Positions 19,018 to 28,511 of a stretch of DNA of 64,000 nt are shown here, piece by piece. This DNA is from a virus (lineage: Duplodnaviria; Caudoviricetes). The DNA lies in the IMG/VR virus record IMGVR_UViG_3300044614_002073, positions 1-64,000 of that record; one strand, given 5' to 3'. Within the stretch, counting starts at the first letter, position 1; every line of letters begins with the position of its first letter. The position numbers and the translations under genes were made by a program. The notes under the pieces were generated by a model that was not told the origin of the DNA, did no database searches, and was given only the letters and a program-made list of their open reading frames with translations.

Positions 19018-20636
19018 CTAGATATTATCAATTTGATTGCGGTTGTAAGTTTCCAGTATTAGAATCAGACGAGCAACTTGACTTTGACATCAATAATATT
19101 CCTTTGGATTGTGATAAAACATGGAATTTAATCTCTGATGGCAATACCAAGGGATGTTTCCAGTTAGAGTCTAGATTGGGCCAATCAATGGCTAAAAAAC
19201 TTAAACCAGAGAATATAGAGCAGCTAGCAGGTCTTATCAGCATTATGCGACCCGGTTGCTTAGAAGCCATTAGAGAGGGTAAAAGTGTTAGTAACCATTT
19301 TATAGATAGAAAAAATGGTAAAGAAAGTATAGACTATTATAATCCAAATCTCAAAAGCATATTAGAGACAACATATGGAGAAATGGTTTATCAAGAACAG
19401 TCTATGCAAATAGCACAAGAGTTAGCCGGATTTGATTTGCAAGAAGCCGATATGTTACGCAAGGCCATCGGTAAAAAGAAGCCAGAAGAAATGGCAAAGT
19501 TGAGAACGGTGTTCATCAATGGCTGTAAAAACAAAAACATAGTCAATGAAGATGAAGCAGAAGAGATCTTCGGTTGGATCGAAAAAAGTCAAAGATATTC
19601 ATTCAACAAAAGCCATGCCGTTAGTTATGCAATTAATGGCTATTTGTCTGCATATGCAAAAGCCCATTTCCCACAGATATTTTTTGTATCATATTTGCGT
19701 TTTGCAAAAGACAAGATAGATCCTCATCAAGAAATCAAAGAATTAATACATAATGCTAATTCTATGAATATTGATGTACTGTTGCCTAGATTTAAATTTA
19801 TGAATAAAGAATTTGAGATTATTAATGATCAAATATATTTTGGAATAACTAATATTAAGGGTGTTGGGGAATCGGTATATGAATCTATTAATAAACTTAG
19901 ACTAGATTTAGCGAATAAAAATATTACCGGAATCATTCCCATTTTTTGCAGAGTTTTGGCTAATGTTAACAGTGCAGCGGCTAAGGCTATCATATCTGTT
20001 GGAGCATTTGATGAATATTCTATTCCTAGAACAGAATTATTATTTTATTTGGACATGCTGAATAAATTAACTAAAAAAGAACTAGAACAAATATCCTTAC
20101 TTAATATTGATATTGCAAGTATAAAATTTAGAGACGTTTTTATTAGCTTATTAAGCAAAGGCAAGGTTACAAAAAAACGCCAAATAGTCATTCAAGAATT
20201 TATTAACAGTATTGATAGGCCTCCCTATTCCTTAAAGGACAATATGCATTGGATAGCAGAAACCGAAGCGGCTTTGCTCGGCATACCACTAACTTGCACC
20301 AAAACAGACTCTTATATGCAAAATTATGAGTCTAACTTAATAACATGTAAAGAGTTTCAAAATGTTGATAGTGGTAAAAAAATTGCTATCATGGGAGAAA
20401 TTAGTAGACTTAGCACCATTAAAACAAAACAGGGTAAAAACAAAGGTGCTAACATGTCTTTCTTAGAGATATTCGATAGTTCTGGTATCTTGGATTCGGT
20501 GGTCGTATTTCCAGAACAATATATGCAATTTAAGGATATCCTGAAAGAAAACGAAGTTCTGGTGTTTATTGGAACCAAATCAAAAAAATCCGGCAGTGGC
20601 CTGATCGTAGAAAAATGTTTTGTTCCAGAGTCTTGA
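19014..20636 (+). CDS. dnaE: DNA polymerase III alpha subunit, C-terminal part (fingers, HhH, OB)
   Basis: IPLD..KTW.LI..G.T.GCFQLES, RPG, TYG..VYQEQ, ADMLRKAIGKK, YSFNKSHA, FG...IKGVG and C-terminal OB fold. ATGA-coupled to the exonuclease gene. Confidence 0.93.
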   Translation: MTRYYQFDCGCKFPVLESDEQLDFDINNIPLDCDKTWNLISDGNTKGCFQLESRLGQSMAKKLKPENIEQLAGLISIMRPGCLEAIREGKSVSNHFIDRKNGKESIDYYNPNLKSILETTYGEMVYQEQSMQIAQELAGFDLQEADMLRKAIGKKKPEEMAKLRTVFINGCKNKNIVNEDEAEEIFGWIEKSQRYSFNKSHAVSYAINGYLSAYAKAHFPQIFFVSYLRFAKDKIDPHQEIKELIHNANSMNIDVLLPRFKFMNKEFEIINDQIYFGITNIKGVGESVYESINKLRLDLANKNITGIIPIFCRVLANVNSAAAKAIISVGAFDEYSIPRTELLFYLDMLNKLTKKELEQISLLNIDIASIKFRDVFISLLSKGKVTKKRQIVIQEFINSIDRPPYSLKDNMHWIAETEAALLGIPLTCTKTDSYMQNYESNLITCKEFQNVDSGKKIAIMGEISRLSTIKTKQGKNKGANMSFLEIFDSSGILDSVVVFPEQYMQFKDILKENEVLVFIGTKSKKSGSGLIVEKCFVPES

Positions 20637-20663
20637 CACCCACCGCGTTCTTTTTATTATAAC
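20633..20663 (+). promoter_or_regulatory. Sigma70-type promoter upstream of ssb
   Basis: TTGACA (20633-20638, overlapping the dnaE-C stop), 16 nt spacer, TATTAT (20655-20660). RBS GAGGAG before the ATG at 20711. Confidence 0.65.
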
Positions 20664-20710
20664 CCAGTGGTCGGTTTTGAATTTAGTAACTTTATTTTGA
20701 GGAGATTCGT

Positions 20711-21094
20711 ATGAATATTGTAATCTTGCGTGGAAATTTAACAAGAGACCCTGAGTTAAGGCACATCACAGCCTCTGATAAAAAGACAGCAGTTGTTAAC
20801 TTTACTGTTGCTGTATCTAGAGAATTTAACAGGGCAAATGGAAGCAAGGACAAGGTAACATCTTTCATCTCTTGTGAAGCATGGGACAGTGGTGCAGAAA
20901 CTATTGCAGCTTCCTTCCAGAAGGGAGATCTTGTACTAGTTGAAGGTACTCTTAGGAATGATTCTTGGGAGAAGGACGGCGTTAAGCACAGTACTCTAAA
21001 GGTTAGAGTAAATAACTTTTCCAAGATTACAAAGATTTCTAAAAAGGCAGCAGCAGGAGTTTCATCGGAGGAAGAGGAAACGGTTGCCTTCTGA
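20711..21094 (+). CDS. ssb: Single-stranded DNA-binding protein
   Basis: N.VIL.GNLTRDPELR, F.VAV.R, KG..VLVEG.L...SWE, acidic tail EEEETVAF. Confidence 0.95.
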   Translation: MNIVILRGNLTRDPELRHITASDKKTAVVNFTVAVSREFNRANGSKDKVTSFISCEAWDSGAETIAASFQKGDLVLVEGTLRNDSWEKDGVKHSTLKVRVNNFSKITKISKKAAAGVSSEEEETVAF

Positions 21095-21115
21095 TTTAAC
21101 AAGAAGTTGATTTTG

Positions 21116-21150
21116 GTAGAGTTGGGGGTTAACAGCCCCCAATTCTACTT
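21116..21150 (+). terminator. Strong stem-loop after ssb (terminator or mRNA-stabilising hairpin)
   Basis: GTAGAGTTGGGGGT-taaca-GCCCCCAATTCTAC, a 14 bp stem with two G-U pairs. Only TT follows. Confidence 0.6.
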
Positions 21151-21165
21151 AACCCCGGAAGTATT

Positions 21166-22833
21166 ATGTCTAAACCAAAAATTCTAATGTGTTCAGAGGC
21201 TAGTTTTTTGCACTCTGGATATAGTACGTATGCCAAAGAACTATTAAATAGGCTCTATAAATCTGGCAAATATGAAATAGCTGAATTTGCCTCATATGGG
21301 ATATTAGGAGATCCAAGAGACCGAGATATACCTTGGACATATTACCCAAATGCGGTAAAAGAAAACGATCCAAGATTTGGTGAATACAATAATTCTGGAG
21401 AAAACGCTTTCGGTAAATGGCGATTCGAAAGAGTTGTTTTAGATTTCATGCCAGATATAGTATTCGATATTAGAGATTTTTGGATGAACTCTTATCAAAA
21501 ATTCTCTGTTCTTAGACAGTTTTATAATTGGGTTGTGATGCCCACAGTAGATTCCAGACCTCAGCAAGAAGAATGGCTAGATGTTTATATGGACGCCGAT
21601 GCTGTTCTATCATATTCTGATTGGGGCGGTCAGGTTTTACAAGATCAAACAAACAACAAAATAAAATATGCAGGATCGGCCTCTCCTGCTGTAGATTTAG
21701 ATGTTTTCAAGCCTATGGACATGAAAGAAGCCAGATCTCAATTGCGTATTCCAGAATCAATGAAAATTATTGGTTCAGTAATGCGAAACCAAAAAAGAAA
21801 ATTGATTCCAGAATTAATGCAGTCTGTTAGGGGTCTGCTGGACCAATTCGAATTGCAAAACAAAGAGTTGGGACAGGATGTTTATCTATATTTGCACACT
21901 AGTTATCCAGATGCTGGGTGGAACCTACCAAATCTACTCAAAGAACATAGCATGGGTAAAAGAGTTTTGTTTACATATGTATGCAAAAATTGTGGTAAAA
22001 TACATGCACATACTTTTAATCATTCCATTAAAAACTGTCCTCATTGTGGTCAAAAAACTGCTGTGTTTCCGTCAGTATCCGAGGGTGTTTCTACACAGCA
22101 GCTAAGTTCGATATACAATTCTTTTGATATTTATGTTCAATATGCTATATGCGAAGGCTTTGGAATGCCACAAGTCGAGGCTGGCGCCTGTGGGGTTCCT
22201 ATAGTCTCCATAGATTACAGTGCCATGTCGGATATCGTTAGACTATTAGATGGATATATCGTACAGCCTCAAACTTTTTTTAAAGAATTAGAAACAGAAG
22301 CATATAGAGTTTATCCAAATAACGATCAACTAATATACCATCTATGGACCTTCTTCAATCTGTCGAAAGAAGAACAATTGCAAAAAAGAGAAAAGGTTAG
22401 AGAGCTAACAGAAACTCATTTCAATTGGGATGCAACTGCCAATAAGTGGATGAAAGTTTTTGATGAAATTTTAGCCAATCCTCATAGAAAACACTGGTCA
22501 AATATACCTCCAAATTATTTAGCAAAATTAGATATAAATGAATTCAGAAATTTCAATAAATCTTATGAAGCATTCCAATATATTTGTTGTGACAGAATGG
22601 GCTCACCACAGCTACTAAATAATATGATGGGTCTTAATCTACTAAAATACAGTGATTATGGCTATATATCTAATGGTATGAACATTAAGAAATTTAATTT
22701 TCAAAATCTTGTTGAGGTTTATAACAAGTATATGGAAAATCAAAATCTAGTTAAGTACGCCATTGCCAATTCTCATGTTCTTAATGGCGAAGATTATATT
22801 AGGTATGCACACGAGAGACAGGCGAATAAATGA
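21166..22833 (+). CDS. Glycosyltransferase family 4 (GT-B) with zinc-ribbon insertion
   Basis: SGY..Y..EL, RNQ.RK.IP.L, YLYLHT, EGFGMPQVEAGACGVP; internal CKNC...CPHC. Confidence 0.88.
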   Translation: MSKPKILMCSEASFLHSGYSTYAKELLNRLYKSGKYEIAEFASYGILGDPRDRDIPWTYYPNAVKENDPRFGEYNNSGENAFGKWRFERVVLDFMPDIVFDIRDFWMNSYQKFSVLRQFYNWVVMPTVDSRPQQEEWLDVYMDADAVLSYSDWGGQVLQDQTNNKIKYAGSASPAVDLDVFKPMDMKEARSQLRIPESMKIIGSVMRNQKRKLIPELMQSVRGLLDQFELQNKELGQDVYLYLHTSYPDAGWNLPNLLKEHSMGKRVLFTYVCKNCGKIHAHTFNHSIKNCPHCGQKTAVFPSVSEGVSTQQLSSIYNSFDIYVQYAICEGFGMPQVEAGACGVPIVSIDYSAMSDIVRLLDGYIVQPQTFFKELETEAYRVYPNNDQLIYHLWTFFNLSKEEQLQKREKVRELTETHFNWDATANKWMKVFDEILANPHRKHWSNIPPNYLAKLDINEFRNFNKSYEAFQYICCDRMGSPQLLNNMMGLNLLKYSDYGYISNGMNIKKFNFQNLVEVYNKYMENQNLVKYAIANSHVLNGEDYIRYAHERQANK

Positions 22834-23993
22834 AAAATATCCTATATGTTGCCCCTTATAAACAAAACGATGGATGGGGAGAAGCATCAAAACAATATCT
22901 AAAGTCTATAGCTTATTGCTGTGAAAAATTAGGATATGACTTACAAGCAAAACCTATTTTTCTTTCTCATAATGTAGATTTTACTCCTGATCCAATCATT
23001 AGTCAATACGAAAACAATCATCTATCACATATTGATGTTGTTATACAAAAAGCATTGCCTCAAGCTATAGCTCCAATTTATCCATACAAAAATATAGCAA
23101 TGTCCGTATTTGAGCAAACAAATCTGGACCATGTTTCTATTATAAGACAAGTTTTTAATCGAATGGATGCCGTGCTGGTCCCTTCTGCATTAGAACAACA
23201 AACCATAGCCGGTATGATTAATAAACCAGTATATGGCATATCTCAACCAATTGATATCCAAGAAATCAGAAGTATAGAAACTGAAATTGAAAATAATCAA
23301 ATGGATATATTGTCTTTACATTCAAGATATAAAGACTTTGTTAAGTTTTATTTTGTAGGATCTTTCGTTCCTAGAAAAAATATTGTTAATCTAATTTTAG
23401 CTTTTAATTATGAGTTTGCACAAAACGAAAAGGCTTTGCTTGTTATCAAAACAGATAAGTTAGACAACAACAGCAGAGAACTAATGATTAAAGGAATTAG
23501 AGAAACGATAGAAAGAAATAAATATCTTAATAAGCTTACCAAAAACTTAATTTTAATTACTGATCATTTGGATAGGCAAAATCTGTTAAGATTGCATAAT
23601 GCTTGTGATATATTTGTTTGTCCATCAAAGGGAGAAGCATTTTGTAGACCATTAGCGGAATCTATTTGCATGGGTAGTACTCCTATTGCTGTTGAGCATA
23701 CTGGTGCCGCAGAGTTAATTGATTCCAAGATTGGAGGTTTGATTATTCCTTCAAGATTAGAAATGGCAGAATCGAATCCCAGCAATAAATTTTTGGAACA
23801 CGAATCAGAGATAGAATACTCTAGCGAGCCAACCCTGTTAGATATAAGAAAAACTCTTAGAAAAGCATATGATAATCACATAGATATGAATGACACAAAG
23901 AAGAAAGACTTACGACAGAGATTAAAACTTTATAGCGATAGATTTTCTGTACAGTCTATAGGAGAAAAAATATGTTCTTTGGATATAATGTAG
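22830..23993 (+). CDS. Glycosyltransferase family 4 (GT-B)
   Basis: GWGEA, FYFVG...RKN...LI.AF, CDIFVCPSKGEAF..PLAE. Confidence 0.85.
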   Translation: MKNILYVAPYKQNDGWGEASKQYLKSIAYCCEKLGYDLQAKPIFLSHNVDFTPDPIISQYENNHLSHIDVVIQKALPQAIAPIYPYKNIAMSVFEQTNLDHVSIIRQVFNRMDAVLVPSALEQQTIAGMINKPVYGISQPIDIQEIRSIETEIENNQMDILSLHSRYKDFVKFYFVGSFVPRKNIVNLILAFNYEFAQNEKALLVIKTDKLDNNSRELMIKGIRETIERNKYLNKLTKNLILITDHLDRQNLLRLHNACDIFVCPSKGEAFCRPLAESICMGSTPIAVEHTGAAELIDSKIGGLIIPSRLEMAESNPSNKFLEHESEIEYSSEPTLLDIRKTLRKAYDNHIDMNDTKKKDLRQRLKLYSDRFSVQSIGEKICSLDIM

Positions 23994-24895
23994 GATCAAC
24001 AATACACAGAGCTGTAGAAGATCAAATAAATATTATATATGAGCCTATAAATCCTATTGTGGATAATTTTATTGCAAATTTATGGGGCGGCTGTGAAAAT
24101 GTTAATATTGTGACTGGCCCATCGGAGACTGCTGTCAGGCCAGATAACATGATGGTAGTAAAGCAGGTCGATGCTCCTCCTATATATTATGATTGTTGGC
24201 TAAAATCTCCAGACAATCAATACGAACAAATAAACTTTATGCATCTCCCAGAAATAATGCATATTGTTAATCCATTGTCAATGGACCGTAATGCCTATCA
24301 CAAACATAGACACATGACATTTGTCTGTTATGAAGAAAACACTTATAGGTATTTGGTCCAAGAGCTTGGGATACAGAGATGCGCAATGATAAATCCTGTC
24401 ATTAATCCTAGTTTTTTGATGAACAATACATCTGAAAAGCTTAAATCAGTAGACCTCACAATTCTGCAAAACAATTATGATCTTGACAGAATACAGCAAA
24501 TTGTTAATACAATACAGACATCAATACCTTCATTAAAAATTCAAATAGCTTCATCTAATGCTACTAATGATTATATCATTAAGATTTTGACAGAGAGTAA
24601 GATGGTTTTTTCTATAGATGCAATATCTATTATAGAAAGTAAATACGCTATTAGTTTTCAAACTCTGTTATTGGGTGGAGACAGTAGAAACATTAGTTAC
24701 CCTGGTTTAGTTTATCAAACCCCTACCATTGAAGACATGGTTAAAACTATAGAGTCTATAATGTCTGACTACAGTGGTCAATTTAATAAGCTAACATTGG
24801 AAAAAAACAAATTGTTATTAGATTCAGATATTAAGAAAACACAAGAATCAATACAAGATATATTAAATACAATTTTACAGAAGGTTTCAGCATGA
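23972..24895 (+). CDS. Hypothetical protein, possibly a divergent GT-B-like protein
   Basis: 307 aa ORF in the GT cluster; only weak resemblance in the C-terminal half. Confidence 0.4.
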   Translation: MFFGYNVGSTIHRAVEDQINIIYEPINPIVDNFIANLWGGCENVNIVTGPSETAVRPDNMMVVKQVDAPPIYYDCWLKSPDNQYEQINFMHLPEIMHIVNPLSMDRNAYHKHRHMTFVCYEENTYRYLVQELGIQRCAMINPVINPSFLMNNTSEKLKSVDLTILQNNYDLDRIQQIVNTIQTSIPSLKIQIASSNATNDYIIKILTESKMVFSIDAISIIESKYAISFQTLLLGGDSRNISYPGLVYQTPTIEDMVKTIESIMSDYSGQFNKLTLEKNKLLLDSDIKKTQESIQDILNTILQKVSA

Positions 24896-25308
24896 ATAAA
24901 AAATATGTGCATTGTTATATCAACGAAAAAGCAAAGATATCCGGGGCTAACAATATACAAATAGATCAAATGAATCATGTACCGAATGGTTCGTGTGATA
25001 TCCTTTCATTCAATGAGGCAAATAGTATACATAAAACACAGCTAGCACCAGTACTTAGCGGCTTAAGTCGTAAAATTAAAATTGGAGTTGGATTGATGTG
25101 TTTAGAGTACATTAACTTCGATAAAGTATGTAATGATATACGTTACAATAAAATATCTATTGAGCAAATCAATGACATACTCTCGGATAAATTAGGGTTT
25201 TTTCTAGAAAAAGATATAGAAGAGATATTACAACAATTCCAATTAACTACCAAACAGGTCATGTATGACGGATACAGAACTAAGCTCACAATACAAAGAG
25301 TACAATAA
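24892..25308 (+). CDS. Divergent SAM-methyltransferase-like protein
   Basis: VPNGSCDIL...L..L.RKIKIGVGLM resembles methyltransferase post-motif II/III; no clear GxG motif I. Confidence 0.35.
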   Translation: MNKKYVHCYINEKAKISGANNIQIDQMNHVPNGSCDILSFNEANSIHKTQLAPVLSGLSRKIKIGVGLMCLEYINFDKVCNDIRYNKISIEQINDILSDKLGFFLEKDIEEILQQFQLTTKQVMYDGYRTKLTIQRVQ

Positions 25309-25798
25309 TAGTTACTATTATATTGTTTTTGTCAATATTTTTGATAAAGACAAAATACTAGAAATTCTTAATTATGAACAACCTATCAATTATTGTTCAT
25401 TAATTTATAAACCAGAATACAATTATAAGTTTTCAGATTTATTAGACTATGTTAAAACCATAGATAAAAAATATGATTGGAAATTACACGAAATCACATT
25501 AGAAAATTATACTCTGATAGATAGCATAGATGTCGTATTAGACACCAATATTAGAAAAAATAAAACTACACATTACATTGTCTATGATAATATCATGGAT
25601 TGCAAACCAAATTATTTTGATCAGTTATCGTTAATATTTAAAAATTCTGATAAACATATAGACGCCATAATAAATAAAGACAACCCATATAGCGGTTTAG
25701 TAGTTCCATTTTCTACACATATGATATTGAATAAGAATAATTATGAACCATTGATTAAAAAAATGATTGATAATGAAAAAAACATCATCTATATCTAG
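25265..25798 (+). CDS. Hypothetical protein
   Basis: 177 aa AT-rich ORF overlapping both neighbours. Confidence 0.5.
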   Translation: MTDTELSSQYKEYNNSYYYIVFVNIFDKDKILEILNYEQPINYCSLIYKPEYNYKFSDLLDYVKTIDKKYDWKLHEITLENYTLIDSIDVVLDTNIRKNKTTHYIVYDNIMDCKPNYFDQLSLIFKNSDKHIDAIINKDNPYSGLVVPFSTHMILNKNNYEPLIKKMIDNEKNIIYI

Positions 25799-26450
25799 TC
25801 AATATAATGTTATTCTATTAGCATATGAAATAACAAAAGGAATGAAGTCTATAGGATCTAAAAGCTTGATGCCTGTTAAGATAGATAATCAGACAGACAC
25901 TTTGATCAGACATCAACTACAAAGCATCAAAAAACATATAAAAAACATTTCATCAATTAATATTGTGCTAGGCTTTGATAAAGAGAAACTGAAGAAAAAA
26001 ATATCATGCGATAAAGATGTTAACATTATTGAAAATAACGAATACGACAAACTAGGTCAAGCCCATGCGATATCTTTGGCACTTAAAAAAATTGACAATA
26101 ATTATCCAACTATTATTATTAGTAATTATATTGTATTAAGAAAAAACATTTTTCAAGACTGTAAAGATAATTCAAATCACGTTTTTTGCATTAAAAATTG
26201 TAATAACAAATTTTTTAAAATAGGATGTACACATGATAACGGAAACGTAGAATATCTGTGTTACGAATTAACACCTAAATGGACAGAAATTTTTTTATTG
26301 CAACCAACTTGTAAAGACATATTACAAAGAGTACTAGACAGCAATCACAATATGTTATTATTTGAGGCTATTAATAACACTTTGTCGTCTTACCCTACCA
26401 CAAATACCTACGTATACAATAATTCATTAATCACCATTAATCATAAATAA
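25773..26450 (+). CDS. Divergent sugar/choline-phosphate nucleotidyltransferase-like protein (LicC/NTP_transf fold)
   Basis: VILLA....GMKS.G.KSL, LI..Q, IVLGF, IIEN.EY. The canonical GxGxR loop is altered. Confidence 0.55.
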   Translation: MKKTSSISSQYNVILLAYEITKGMKSIGSKSLMPVKIDNQTDTLIRHQLQSIKKHIKNISSINIVLGFDKEKLKKKISCDKDVNIIENNEYDKLGQAHAISLALKKIDNNYPTIIISNYIVLRKNIFQDCKDNSNHVFCIKNCNNKFFKIGCTHDNGNVEYLCYELTPKWTEIFLLQPTCKDILQRVLDSNHNMLLFEAINNTLSSYPTTNTYVYNNSLITINHK

Positions 26451-26451
26451 C

Positions 26452-27243
26452 ATGAAATTTACTTTAGAATTTGTTTTATCCAATAAGTTTACTCAACACA
26501 TCGCGTATGATCTTGTCGCATACGGGGCAGTAGATAATTATATTCCTGGAGAATTATTTGATAAATTTTATTCTGATGAAGAAAACGAGAACCACAAGTA
26601 TATTTTTTGTGCTTCGACAATTAATTCAGAAACAATTGGCTTTATCAGAGAAACGCCTTATCCAAATAATGTTTTTTTATATTTTGATAAACTTAATAAG
26701 TCTCTATACAAGGACGCATCAGATAGGGGAGTTAAGTGTTTAGTTGGGGCAAAAGATTTTGCAACAATAAAGAATCCAAAATCATGCATCAAATTAGACC
26801 ACTATTATAGTGAGTATCTATTAAATATTCTTGATAGAAAAAAGACCATACCCAATATAGACATCATAACAAGTTTATATAGTTTGAATAAAATTCCAGA
26901 AGAGATAGAGTCTATTATATATCCCAATTCTAATCTTAATATCAAAATGTTTGATGGATATGAAATCAACCACCCTCAAAATTTGGGATTTCTTGATGAT
27001 TTGTCTTTCATAGAGCTTATTAATAATTGTCAATTGTTGATAGCCATTAACAATATTTATTTGCCATATGCTCTATTATTACAAAAACAAGCCATTGCTA
27101 TGGAATCTAATAATTGGATCAAAAAAACAGCTCTCACTAAGGAGATTCTGGAAGATAGAAGTAAGATTCCAGAACCATCTCTATCTATACAAGACATTCG
27201 TAATAATTCATATAAAAATTTCATTGAAAAGTATATACTATGA
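26452..27243 (+). CDS. Hypothetical protein (possible GT-B C-terminal-like domain)
   Basis: 263 aa ORF in the GT cluster; HPQNLG.L......LIN.C. Confidence 0.4.
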   Translation: MKFTLEFVLSNKFTQHIAYDLVAYGAVDNYIPGELFDKFYSDEENENHKYIFCASTINSETIGFIRETPYPNNVFLYFDKLNKSLYKDASDRGVKCLVGAKDFATIKNPKSCIKLDHYYSEYLLNILDRKKTIPNIDIITSLYSLNKIPEEIESIIYPNSNLNIKMFDGYEINHPQNLGFLDDLSFIELINNCQLLIAINNIYLPYALLLQKQAIAMESNNWIKKTALTKEILEDRSKIPEPSLSIQDIRNNSYKNFIEKYIL

Positions 27244-27731
27244 ACAAAACATTAGGCTTCTTAGCCCTCAGCATCGAAAACACAGAACAATCCAAATTTG
27301 TTTTGGAAACCATTGATCGTTTGAGTAAGGCCGCCCCATTTATGGATCATATTTTGTTTAATACATATTATTTTACTCATATGTCTCCATTTAATAATTT
27401 TGCTACTTTGCATATTAATGAAGCAAAATACTTTAAAGGACCGATTGTATGCTTCACTCTAAAAGACATGGTATTTTTAACTGAGTGCATCTCTAAACAA
27501 AAGATCTTTCTAACGAATACTGACGAATGGTCTACTGCAATACAAGCCCCAAGGAACAATTATCAAAACGATAGATTGTCACAATATAAAGAGCTATACA
27601 ATCTTTATGTTGAGAGCAACGACCTATTATGTACAACATGCTCAGAACTACATCCTCTGTTAGATATTTGTTGGAAAAAATCATTATTACTATCAAACGT
27701 AGAGTCTATATATGAATACATCAAACTATAA
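27240..27731 (+). CDS. Hypothetical protein
   Basis: 163 aa ORF, ATGA-coupled. Confidence 0.5.
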   Translation: MNKTLGFLALSIENTEQSKFVLETIDRLSKAAPFMDHILFNTYYFTHMSPFNNFATLHINEAKYFKGPIVCFTLKDMVFLTECISKQKIFLTNTDEWSTAIQAPRNNYQNDRLSQYKELYNLYVESNDLLCTTCSELHPLLDICWKKSLLLSNVESIYEYIKL

Positions 27732-28506
27732 ATTATTATCGGATAAACAAAAACAACAAGTTATAAAAGATTTATATATTAAACAAAAATTAAGTTTGGG
27801 TGATATTGCTGAGCAACTAAATACATATCCTAATAAAATTCGTAGAGATGCAAAAAGATTTAATATTACTCTGAGAGATAAGAGTGATGCTCAAAAGAAT
27901 GCTTTGAAAACTGGAAAACATAAACATCCAACAAAAGGAACCCAAAGAGACGAAGAGACTATTCAAAAGATAGGTTTGGGTGTTATGCAAAATTGGGAAA
28001 GTATGTCAAAATCAGAAAAACAGAGAAGAGTAGAGCAGGCTAAAGAACAATGGGAAAATCTATCTGAAGACCAAAAAGAATTGATGCAAAAGAAGGCAAT
28101 AGATGCCGTAAGGAAATCTAGCAAGGAAGGGTCCAAGCTAGAAAAGTTTATACTAAAAGCCTTATTATCAAATGGATACAAGGTTGATTTTCACAAAGAG
28201 CAGATGTTATCAAATACAAAATTGCAAATCGACATTTTTCTTCCCGCTCATAACATAGCTATAGAAGTTGATGGGCCGTCTCATTTTGAACCAGTGTGGG
28301 GCGATGATGCTCTTAAGAGAAATCAAAAATATGATTCGAAAAAAACCGGATTATTGGTTGGTAAAGGAATTAAATTAATTAGAGTCACACAAAAGCACGA
28401 CTTTTCTAAAGCAAGGGCTTCTGTTTTGGTTGGGGCTATTATCAACACAATTAACGAAATCATTAGTCAAAAACAATCAGTTAATACTATAGAAATAGGA
28501 GATTGA
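27712..28506 (+). CDS. HTH plus DUF559/Vsr-like endonuclease (homing-endonuclease-like architecture)
   Basis: N-terminal LY....LSL.DIA..LNT HTH, basic helical linker, S.LE, IDIF.P...IAIEVDG..H, YD..K. Confidence 0.7.
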   Translation: MNTSNYKLLSDKQKQQVIKDLYIKQKLSLGDIAEQLNTYPNKIRRDAKRFNITLRDKSDAQKNALKTGKHKHPTKGTQRDEETIQKIGLGVMQNWESMSKSEKQRRVEQAKEQWENLSEDQKELMQKKAIDAVRKSSKEGSKLEKFILKALLSNGYKVDFHKEQMLSNTKLQIDIFLPAHNIAIEVDGPSHFEPVWGDDALKRNQKYDSKKTGLLVGKGIKLIRVTQKHDFSKARASVLVGAIINTINEIISQKQSVNTIEIGD

Positions 28507-28511
28507 ATTTT

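Noticed and set aside
20692-21102. 136-aa minus-strand ORF over ssb, and similar short antisense ORFs across the window
   Set aside because: They lie entirely opposite well-supported genes and show no recognisable motifs.
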